Positions 56,548 through 63,364 of a DNA stretch of 63,364 bases are shown here, in pieces. How positions within the stretch are numbered: position 1 is the stretch's first letter; every line of letters starts with the position of its first letter. The DNA comes from a virus (Duplodnaviria > Caudoviricetes): positions 1 to 63,364 of the IMG/VR virus record IMGVR_UViG_3300034141_000032. One strand, written 5' to 3'. Both the position numbers and the translations under genes were made by a program. A model generated the notes under the pieces. The model had not been told where the DNA came from and ran no database searches. It saw only the letters and a list, made by a program, of their open reading frames with translations.

Positions 56548-57080
56548 GCTTCTCCCAATGCAATAAGGGGCCGCGTCGCTGCGGCGGGAGAAGCGTCAAC
56601 GATCGGATCGGGTTCAACGCCGTGACGGTACAAGCTGGGGTAGGGCCAGCCGGGCTCGCTGCCGTATAGCGACGGATTCGACTGGTTCGAGAGCGCGCAT
56701 GGCGTGCCAGTCACCACAGAGCAAGGGTATCCAAACGGGTAAGGGATGCGACCCCGGGCGCTTAAACCGGGATCAATCGCAGCAATAAGTTGGTTCGAGT
56801 CCAGCCCCTTGCTCTGTGGTGAATGCGCAGGCTGATGCGCAATGCTGTGCCTCCACCTGGTCAGACGGGCAGCGGCAGCGGAGAATGCGAGTTAGCTCTG
56901 ATGCGACCTCGCCGAACCTGCCAAGGAGAATGTCGGAGATCAGCACCGGCCACCACAAAGAGCATGACTGCTGGGGACTGAGCCGCTGGTTTGTCGGGTT
57001 AGCTTAATAAGCGCTCGCGCAAGCGAGGACACCATGCTCCGAAGGGTTGATCCAGCAGGAAAACTCGACCGCAATGCTGG
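56548..57080 (+). ncRNA. Putative array of structured non-coding RNAs
   Basis: Consecutive closed multi-stem folds separated by 0-5 nt in the core, a GCAA tetraloop and a T-loop, no credible ORF, CATAAT box at 56541. Confidence 0.65.
56718..56815 (+). ncRNA. tRNA-like element with expanded anticodon arm
   Basis: AGAGCAAGGG/CCCTTGCTCT stem, TA linker, D-arm with GGTAA, T-arm GTTGG-TTCGAGT-CCAGC; 25 nt in place of the 7-nt anticodon loop; no CCA. Confidence 0.65.
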
Positions 57081-57095
57081 GCGTACGCCAGCTAC

Positions 57096-58157
57096 CTATT
57101 CAGGCGCGCTAACCACGGCGAGCCACTTCCAGCCGGCCCACTTGTCGCCCGCCTGCCGCATGTGGGTGTAGCGCTTCAAGCTGCCCCAGCTCCGGTGCCC
57201 GCTGACCGCTGCGACATGCGGGATATTCCAGCCCATCTCGAACAACCGGCTGCAGCCTTCGTGCCGCAGGTCGTGCAGATGCAGGTTGTCGATCCCGAGG
57301 AACTGCCCCGCTCGCGTGAAGGCGGCGCCGATCGCATCCGTGGAATACGGGAAGATGCACTCGCTGGCGCGCGGCATTGAACGGGCGATCGCTTCGGCTT
57401 CCGGTGGCAGGTCGCACCACACATGGTTGCCGATCTTCTCGCCCGGGTTCTTCATGTCGCGCACCAGCACGCGGCCCGGCTCCAGGTCGGCCCACGCGAT
57501 GCGCGTGATCTCCTCAAGCCGGCGCGTCGAGAACATGGCGAAGGCGGCGATCTTCTGCATGGGGATGCTGTCGCGGCGCTTGTGACGGATCTGGCCGAAG
57601 TGCTCCATCAGAAGGTCCATCTCGGCGATCGTCGGGCGGCGCTCGCGCGGCTGGCTCTTGCCGGTAACGCCCAGCTTCTTGCCGACGACGAATGTGTCCT
57701 TGATGGCCTGCTGGTCCAGCGGATAGCCCCAGGCCGGGCGCGCGATGGCGAACACTGCGCCCAGGTGGGATAGGTAATTCTGGACGGTCTGGGGCTTGCC
57801 GCCCAGGCGCCGAGCGAACGCCAGCAGGGCAGGGCTGTCGACCTTCGAGCACAGCATGGATCCGATGTCGTCCGCTTTGATCGTGCGCAGAACCTGAGCC
57901 TTGGTGCGCCCGATGTCGTGCTTCGACTCAACGATGTAGCGCTCGATGGCCACGGCCAAGGTCGGATCCTCGCGCCGGTCCAGGGCGCCCGGCTCGGCCA
58001 GCTCCGTCTCGCGCCGCTTCATCCAGGCTGCTGCCGCCTGCTTCCGGTCGAAGGTTTGCGTCTCCCGGTGGACAATCCTACCTTCACGCTTCAAGACGAT
58101 CTGCGCGCTGTAGCCGACGGTGCCGTCGCTGCGAGGTTTCGAGACGATGCTGCCCAT
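57096..58157 (-). CDS. int: Tyrosine integrase (dusA-associated type)
   Basis: STRRLEEI (R), DMKNP (K), HDLRHEG (HxxR), SGHRSW (H), LKRYTH (Y); adjacent dusA fragment. Confidence 0.93.
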   Translation of the reverse strand: MGSIVSKPRSDGTVGYSAQIVLKREGRIVHRETQTFDRKQAAAAWMKRRETELAEPGALDRREDPTLAVAIERYIVESKHDIGRTKAQVLRTIKADDIGSMLCSKVDSPALLAFARRLGGKPQTVQNYLSHLGAVFAIARPAWGYPLDQQAIKDTFVVGKKLGVTGKSQPRERRPTIAEMDLLMEHFGQIRHKRRDSIPMQKIAAFAMFSTRRLEEITRIAWADLEPGRVLVRDMKNPGEKIGNHVWCDLPPEAEAIARSMPRASECIFPYSTDAIGAAFTRAGQFLGIDNLHLHDLRHEGCSRLFEMGWNIPHVAAVSGHRSWGSLKRYTHMRQAGDKWAGWKWLAVVSAPE

Positions 58158-58171
58158 TGTTGCCCCATCCA

Positions 58172-58208
58172 GTACGTCGCGGCTTGTTTCGGTACGTCGC
58201 CGACGTAC
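58172..58208. repeat. Putative integrase arm-type sites
   Basis: GTACGTCGC at 58172 and 58192 plus inverted CGACGTAC at 58201. Confidence 0.5.
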
Positions 58209-58305
58209 CTGTGGTAATGGAACGGGACCGCAAAGGCAAGAATGGTTTCGCTATGGCACCAACGGTCTTAGGGTAGAACCCGGCACGTTTCTGAAAGGGT
58301 GAGCA

Positions 58306-58368
58306 GTGGCAGATACTTACAGCCAGTGGCGTTTTTCCGTGGCGCCCATGATGGACTGGACAGACTGA
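58306..58368 (+). other. attP region carrying a replacement 5' end of host dusA
   Basis: GTG-started 20-codon ORF MADTYSQWRFSVAPMMDWTD*; FSVAPM(L/M)DWTD is the conserved DusA N-terminal motif. Confidence 0.85.
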
Positions 58369-58438
58369 GGTAGATAGTGCAGCAACTGCAACGGCTTGGC
58401 AGGGCGCCTGTTTCGCAGGTCGGACGGGTGGCGTACTC

Positions 58439-58463
58439 AAAAAAATGGACCCCGAAGGGTCCA
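58439..58463 (-). terminator. Rho-independent terminator ending the leftward operon before attP
   Basis: Minus strand TGGACCC-TTCG-GGGTCCA-TTTTTTT. Confidence 0.85.
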
Positions 58464-58517
58464 AGGTGGGCGCCGGCCGTTGACTTCGTATCCGGCGCCA
58501 GGGAGGGGAGGGGGCCG

Positions 58518-58748
58518 TCAGATCAGCATGAGCGATCCGACGACGATCAGCATGGACACAGCTAGAGTGTAGGTGACAGTGGCGCCGTGGATCTCGCGGC
58601 GGTCCAGGCCGGGGATCAGCACCAGCAGCAGGGCCACGCCCGAGACGATGAAGGGGGCGGCGGCGACCGCGTATATGGATGGTGCGGCGATCAGGATGAC
58701 GACCCATGCCACGAAGCCAAGCAGGGAAGCCGGTAGGATGTGCATCAA
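58518..58748 (-). CDS. Small membrane protein
   Basis: 76 aa, about three hydrophobic segments, GGAGG RBS. Confidence 0.65.
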   Translation of the reverse strand: MMHILPASLLGFVAWVVILIAAPSIYAVAAAPFIVSGVALLLVLIPGLDRREIHGATVTYTLAVSMLIVVGSLMLI

Positions 58749-59011
58749 GCGCCTCCGTTCATGGTCTGGAATTCCTTCACCGCGGCGGCGCGCTGGCGAT
58801 CGATGTAGTCGGCCAGGTCGTGCAGGTGGACGCCCTTGGCGGCCTTCTGGCTCGCTTCGATTCGGATAACCGGGATCGGGATCTCGCCGGCGGCCACCTT
58901 GCGGGCGAACTTGTCGGCGGTCAGGTGGGTGAAGAAATCCCGGCAGACGTCGTCGATCGGGATGACCGCCTTTCCCCCGTATTGGGCAAGCAGGAGAAAG
59001 GCGGTGTTCAT
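58745..59011 (-). CDS. PrtN-family (pyocin activator-like) protein, probable excisionase/RDF
   Basis: MNTAFLLLAQY..AVIP.DDVCRDFF.HLT...SQKAAKGVHL.DLADYID; near integrase. Confidence 0.85.
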   Translation of the reverse strand: MNTAFLLLAQYGGKAVIPIDDVCRDFFTHLTADKFARKVAAGEIPIPVIRIEASQKAAKGVHLHDLADYIDRQRAAAVKEFQTMNGGA

Positions 59012-59083
59012 CTGGTGCTTACTCCTGTTGCGACAGGACGATATAAGCACCAATGGTTCGATTATGCAACCATTAAATCCGTG

Positions 59084-59629
59084 CTAGAGCACCTGCCAGT
59101 CGACCGCCAGCATATCCGACTGGCTCGCCAACCAGCCCATCAGGATCTCGTCGCCGGCTGTCTTCATGATGATGTAGGGTAGAACCGGCGCACTGCCGCC
59201 GCTCTCCAGGGCAAAGGCGCGCGTGTGCTCGCCCCAAAACTGGTCGGCTGGCAGATCCGGGTTGCCTTGGCCAAGGCACAGCCACATGTTTTTGCCATTC
59301 CAACCAGCACGCGCGATGCGGGCGCCGGCCTTGAGGTGTTCCAACGCTTGGCCAAAGCCCAGGTTGACGATCATCGGCACGACCGGGCGCGGTGCCGGGC
59401 TGTACTTGCGCTCGAACACGTCCTTCGGGTTCAGGTACTCATAGCCGTCTTCCTGGCGCACCAGGTAGTCGCCCGACTCAGGCGTGTACCGGGCTGTCAT
59501 TTCTGGCGTCGGGTGGAATGCCGAGCCATCGGCAAAATGAAGCTTGAATGGGGCGTTACTACCGCCCGATGTGGAAATAATTTGACGCGCCACCACGCGC
59601 ACCGGGTTTGCAATGTGGGTATGTTCCAT
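59084..59629 (-). CDS. DUF2829 (Tad2-like) protein with extra N-terminal domain
   Basis: FGQALEHLKAG.RIARAGWNGKNMW...PYI.MKTA...GWLASQSDMLA.DW. Confidence 0.8.
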   Translation of the reverse strand: MEHTHIANPVRVVARQIISTSGGSNAPFKLHFADGSAFHPTPEMTARYTPESGDYLVRQEDGYEYLNPKDVFERKYSPAPRPVVPMIVNLGFGQALEHLKAGARIARAGWNGKNMWLCLGQGNPDLPADQFWGEHTRAFALESGGSAPVLPYIIMKTAGDEILMGWLASQSDMLAVDWQVL

Positions 59630-59674
59630 TCTTCTCTCTCAGTGTGCCGCCCGATGCGCGGGGCGGCTTCGCGT

Positions 59675-60265
59675 TTAGGCTGCCTTGCGATCAGCTACCG
59701 ACTTCGGCACTTCGTCCTTTTCCAGCGTCTTCTTGAAACCGACGCCGGCGGCGATGTGGTACAGGACTATGCCTTCGGGCTTCATGAAGCCGGGCGCAGC
59801 CAGGCTGCCGTTGTCGCGCAGCTCGCCCAGCGCGCTTTCCGCAGCATCGCCGGTGAAGTCGCCGCGGTACAGGGTCGGTACGACCAAGCAGCAGGCCGGG
59901 CGCACTGCATCGTCTTCCCAGCGGCTGACATTGAACAGCGAGAAGCGCTTGTCTTCTATGCCGTACCTGCGCTGGATGCCGCAGCCCCACCATTCGCCGA
60001 AGTGGCGACCGGGCCCGAGTTTCAGGAGTTCTTCGCCGTTCTCTTGCGCCCACTTGGCGAAACCATAGTTATCGTCTTCTGGCGTGATCCAGCGCGTGCG
60101 GCTGCCAGCGTACAGCGCCAGGCCACCACTCTGGTAGATCGCGCCCGGGGCTTCGTGCCCCTCCAGTTCGACGATGGCGACCTGCGCATTGGTGCCGTCG
60201 ATTTTCTCGGTGATGATGATCTCGCGCGTGAGCCGCGCCATTTTTGGGAAGTCCTGAAATTCCAT
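59675..60265 (-). CDS. RNA ligase (Rnl2-like adenylation domain)
   Basis: TEKIDGTN (KxDG), GSR, FGEW.G.GIQ, FSLFN, VVPTLY.G, PEGIV, FKK. Confidence 0.85.
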   Translation of the reverse strand: MEFQDFPKMARLTREIIITEKIDGTNAQVAIVELEGHEAPGAIYQSGGLALYAGSRTRWITPEDDNYGFAKWAQENGEELLKLGPGRHFGEWWGCGIQRRYGIEDKRFSLFNVSRWEDDAVRPACCLVVPTLYRGDFTGDAAESALGELRDNGSLAAPGFMKPEGIVLYHIAAGVGFKKTLEKDEVPKSVADRKAA

Positions 60266-60312
60266 AGCATCTCCATGTTGCGCCGCCCGGATCGGTGGGC
60301 GGCTGCCCGTTA

Positions 60313-60816
60313 CTATTTGTGCCGGAATGGCACCGGCTGGAGCTCGTAGGGCAGCATCAGCGGATGTCCCGGCGAACCGTTGCCCGTGATCCGCAGGCAG
60401 TGCGTCTCTATGCCCTTGTCGCGCAGCCAAGCGATCACCTGCAGGTCGCGGCGCAGGTGGCCACCGTTCAGGCCCCAAGCGCAGATCGTCAGGCCGCCCG
60501 CGCCGGCCACGTCGGCAATGTGCTGATCGTTGTCCGGCCCGACCGGGTCGACCGCCTTGCGCATGACCTTCGGGTCGCGCGCCCGGAAGGCGAACAGGTT
60601 GACCACGGTCAGGGCATTGAAGCCCAGCCGGTTCGTGAAACCGATGCACTTCCTGATGGTGGCATCGTTTTCGATGTGGTCGGCGGTCGACGGGTTCAGC
60701 ATGATCCATACCAGCGCCTTACCGTCGCCCCAGCGGCGCCCGAGCTGGTAGCGGTACTGCTGGCAATCGGAGAGGACAGCGGTACGATCCATGAACAGGT
60801 CGCTGGCGGCGCTCAC
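60313..60816 (-). CDS. DUF1643 family protein
   Basis: YRYQLGRRW, IMLNPSTAD...DATI, VVNLFA.RA.DP, ICAWG, PGHPL. Confidence 0.85.
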   Translation of the reverse strand: MSAASDLFMDRTAVLSDCQQYRYQLGRRWGDGKALVWIMLNPSTADHIENDATIRKCIGFTNRLGFNALTVVNLFAFRARDPKVMRKAVDPVGPDNDQHIADVAGAGGLTICAWGLNGGHLRRDLQVIAWLRDKGIETHCLRITGNGSPGHPLMLPYELQPVPFRHK

Positions 60817-61268
60817 GGCTTCACCTTGGCGATGATGGCGGCAAGGTCGACCTCGTCACGCATGCGCAAGTGGACCTTAATTGCTGCGCCGGAAGCCGCG
60901 TCGCTAGTCCAGGAGCCATCAGTCTTCTCAAGGCACGCGCGTTTTACCGCTTCAGCGATAGCCATGTCGCGGGCGGCGCGCTTATCTTCCGCGAAGCGAC
61001 GGCCTTCGGCATACGCCTTGTTCAGTTGAGGCTGGAGCGTATCCACGACGAGATTCGGCCTGGAAAGCAGCCGGGGAGTGTACCACTTCGCTTTTTCAAG
61101 ATCATGGTTGCCGCCCTTATGCTTTTCCCGCCACATATAGCGCATGACGGTGCCCTTGATGAAGCCGCGGTATTCTTCTTGCGTCAATGCCGCCTCGATG
61201 GCGTCGATGCACTCGATATGCCCGGCGTTATACCGGTGCGGGTGATTCACTTCTTCTTTTGTGCTCAT
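60813..61268 (-). CDS. DUF3310 family protein
   Basis: VNHPHRY..G.IECIDAI...GFIKG.VMRY.WR..HKGG..DLEKAKWY. Confidence 0.85.
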   Translation of the reverse strand: MSTKEEVNHPHRYNAGHIECIDAIEAALTQEEYRGFIKGTVMRYMWREKHKGGNHDLEKAKWYTPRLLSRPNLVVDTLQPQLNKAYAEGRRFAEDKRAARDMAIAEAVKRACLEKTDGSWTSDAASGAAIKVHLRMRDEVDLAAIIAKVKP

Positions 61269-61287
61269 AGTCTCGCGCCAGAAGGCG

Positions 61288-61380
61288 TCAGTTAGGTTTG
61301 AAAATCAGGGGCCATGGGCACCTGGAAAGGGAATGCGCGCCGCCACAGCGCGTACATTGGTCGGCGCGCGTGTAGGTCAT
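61288..61380 (-). CDS. 30-aa zinc-knuckle micro-protein
   Basis: MTYTRADQCTRCGGAHSLSRCPW (C-X2-C-X3-H-X4-C); ATGA overlap with the upstream gene. Confidence 0.5.
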   Translation of the reverse strand: MTYTRADQCTRCGGAHSLSRCPWPLIFKPN

Positions 61381-61763
61381 GGCCGGGGCACCATCAGCGC
61401 GCCGAACCATGGATTCGGCTTGGCCTTCGCCTTTTTGATGTTGCGCCGGGCGCCGTCTCGCGCGCGCCGAATATCCCACTGTTCGTCGGTCAGCTTCGCA
61501 GCGTGGCGCTTCCAGCGGACCTTGTTCGACAGCGGCTTGAACTGGCACCGCGCGTCCTTGCCCGGGCCAAGCCCGTGGATCGCGTGGTGCGGCCCCTTGT
61601 CCGGCGTGCGCTTCCAGCCGGTGATATGGCTTTCTTTCGCTTCGCGCATGATGGCGATCCACTTCTGCACCGTGCGCCTGGACAGCTTCGACTTGACCAT
61701 GATCTCGCGGACGGTGCCAGGCATGGCGTCGATGACACGCTGGCCGCATGGTGGAGGGGCCAT
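61377..61763 (-). CDS. Basic HTH-like hypothetical protein
   Basis: TVREIMVKSKLSRRTVQKWI; coupled to neighbours. Confidence 0.65.
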   Translation of the reverse strand: MAPPPCGQRVIDAMPGTVREIMVKSKLSRRTVQKWIAIMREAKESHITGWKRTPDKGPHHAIHGLGPGKDARCQFKPLSNKVRWKRHAAKLTDEQWDIRRARDGARRNIKKAKAKPNPWFGALMVPRP

Positions 61764-62347
61764 TATTTCGCCCGCTTGAACTCGACCACCCACACCCATG
61801 GATTGACGTCCCAACTGCCGGCGCCGTTGATGTCCTCCCACAGGTGCTGATATTCCACGCGCGGGTCATTCATAGTGCGGTGGGTGATGCCCTCTGCGAG
61901 CGCGTCCTCGACGCTAATGGCCTGCAGCCGCTCGACGCGCACCGACACGATCTCAAGCTGGATCCCGCTGTGCTCGCGGAACATGTGGATTGACGGCTTC
62001 CACTTGCCGTAAGGCGCGCCACCATCAGCCTGATAGAGCACGGCTGAACAACCTGCAGGCTCGTCGTGGTCCGGGACGATGCTGTGCGTCTCGCGCACCC
62101 ACAGCTGGTCTCCATGGTCGCCGTATGGACAGCAGTCGCCAGCCAACCCGGTCCACTGCTGCATTTGCTCCTCGATGTGAACCATCGACTGGACCGCGTT
62201 TGACGGCCACCAGTGCCCGCTGGTCCCCGGGTAATCAGCAGGAGTTGGCTTCGGCTGCGGGTTCATTATCCGCCTGGTCTGCGTCTTGCTGCCGTCCAGG
62301 ATGGCGCGCACCATGGCGCCCTTGAACAGGATTGGCCGCTCTTTCAT
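61763..62347 (-). CDS. Conserved phage protein (ASCH/PUA-like)
   Basis: MKERPILF...MVRAILDG.KTQTRR, CPYG..GDQLWVRET, WKPSIHM, VRVERLQ.IS, NPWVWVVEF. Confidence 0.85.
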   Translation of the reverse strand: MKERPILFKGAMVRAILDGSKTQTRRIMNPQPKPTPADYPGTSGHWWPSNAVQSMVHIEEQMQQWTGLAGDCCPYGDHGDQLWVRETHSIVPDHDEPAGCSAVLYQADGGAPYGKWKPSIHMFREHSGIQLEIVSVRVERLQAISVEDALAEGITHRTMNDPRVEYQHLWEDINGAGSWDVNPWVWVVEFKRAK

Positions 62348-62892
62348 GCTGCATCCTCCAGGCCAAGATAGCGGCGCCATTGCACCTTCACGCCATCGAC
62401 CAAAAAGCCCCATGTTCCCTGGTAGCGCCCGGTCACGAACAGGGTCCAGACGCCATCGCGCGAAACCGTGACGATGCGGTGGTACTCGCCATAGCGCAGT
62501 TGCATCGTCTCGCCGGCCGAACGGGCGTGGAAGTCGAATGTCGGCGCCGGCAAGCCGGGCATAGGCAGCGGGCCAGCATACGGACGGATCTCGTGGTAGT
62601 AGCCGCGCAGGATGAAAGTGCGGGCGTTCCACGGATGATCGTGCAGGTGGCGGTCATCGTCCTCGCGCATGATCCGGTGCAGGCGGATCGAGATCGGGAA
62701 CTGCCACCAGGGGCGATTGCCGGACGAATTGGCCGGATACGGGTTAAACAGCCAGTACCGCTCCATATACATCGTCCCGTCGGGCCCGGTGATGTGCGTG
62801 TAGGGCGTGCGCTGGGCGCGGCGGATTAGCCACTCAACGATGGCAGGCCGGGCCAGGAACCGGGCGACGGCACTCCAGAAGGCGGCCTTCAT
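62344..62892 (-). CDS. Cupin-fold protein
   Basis: LHRI...DDDRHLHDHPW...ILRG.Y.E ... YHRI ... WTLFVTG ... WGF. Confidence 0.75.
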   Translation of the reverse strand: MKAAFWSAVARFLARPAIVEWLIRRAQRTPYTHITGPDGTMYMERYWLFNPYPANSSGNRPWWQFPISIRLHRIMREDDDRHLHDHPWNARTFILRGYYHEIRPYAGPLPMPGLPAPTFDFHARSAGETMQLRYGEYHRIVTVSRDGVWTLFVTGRYQGTWGFLVDGVKVQWRRYLGLEDAA

Positions 62893-63207
62893 GCTGCCGC
62901 CTTGTTGAAGCCCAGCAGCGCGCGCGCTTTTTCCAGCGTGAAGACGCTCGATTGCGGCACCGTGTAGAAGTTGCTGCGATCGACGCGCTTGGCCCAGGCG
63001 GTGATGAAGGCTTCGAGCTCGTCCTTTTCTGCCTGGGTGACGTCTTCCAGGTAGGTTTCGCCGAACTCGCCGCAGTCGTCGTAGCAGCGTTCCTGCAGGC
63101 GCTCGATGACGCTGTCGGCATCGCCCTCGCCGGCGAAGCGCACGCACTTGCCGATCCAGAACTGTTCGATACCTTCTTCATTCGCAGCTTCGCCCAGCGC
63201 GTGCGCG
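62889..63207 (-). CDS. 3' part of the join-spanning gene that starts at 1229
   Basis: In frame with the 1-1229 ORF across the terminal repeat. Confidence 0.8.
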
Positions 63208-63364
63208 ATCGCTTCCGCCATGGTGGGCTCGGAACCGCTGTATTCCAGTTCGTTGAAGCTCCAGGCCCACTCGTCGCCAGTGGCGTGCGGGTCGACCAGG
63301 TTTCCGTCTTTGACCAGGGCGACAACGGACATATCCGGGGCTGCCGCAAGATCGAACGAGATTG
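63208..63364. repeat. Terminal direct repeat, right copy
   Basis: Matches 1-157 with one substitution. Confidence 0.95.

Noticed and set aside
56815-56957. Calling this element a P1/P4-type C4 antisense RNA
   Set aside because: I could not match it to the C4 consensus and saw no ant/icd target with complementary boxes; left unnamed pending an Rfam search
56773-57007. Short ORFs 56816-57007 (+) and 56773-56958 (-)
   Set aside because: No RBS or coding-like composition; the region is better explained by RNA structure

Overview
The window is an apparently complete, circular temperate podophage genome of about 63.2 kb. Bases 1-157 repeat at 63208-63364 with one mismatch, and one ORF reads through the join. 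Gene order and content resemble the Bcep22/BcepIL02-like (Lessievirus-type) phages: N4-gp56-type capsid, CsrA-like gene, several tail fibres, GNAT and PAPS-reductase genes among the ejection proteins, a giant SLT-bearing virion protein and tRNA-Ser. SSB and RdgC style suggest a Burkholderiales host (inference). Modules in order: leftward early/recombination operon (YqaJ, ERF, cupin, DUF1643, RNA ligase, Tad2/DUF2829-like, PrtN-like); cI/cro switch with an HNH gene; rightward operon (SSB, RdgC, VRR-NUC, C5 methyltransferase, PAPS reductase, QueF-like and TGT/DpdA-like pair, replication initiator and loader); accessory genes and tRNA-Ser; packaging, head, tail and ejection genes; a 3556-aa polyvalent protein; lysis cassette; a non-coding RNA-like region; and a tyrosine integrase with a dusA-type attP. 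Most notable observations: (1) a ~530-nt back-to-back array of tRNA-like/cloverleaf RNA folds between lysis and integrase; (2) two small related genes overprinted inside the giant protein, plus an EcoHK31I-beta-like gene overprinted in the methyltransferase; (3) a minimal 7-deazaguanine-like DNA-modification cassette; (4) a genome-wide YGGT-N11-ACCR operator/promoter motif; (5) a CsrA-like gene next to a GGA-hairpin switch in the capsid leader; (6) an ejection protein with two matched blocks of nine 18-aa repeats. All family assignments come from motif recognition by eye. No database search or folding program was run.
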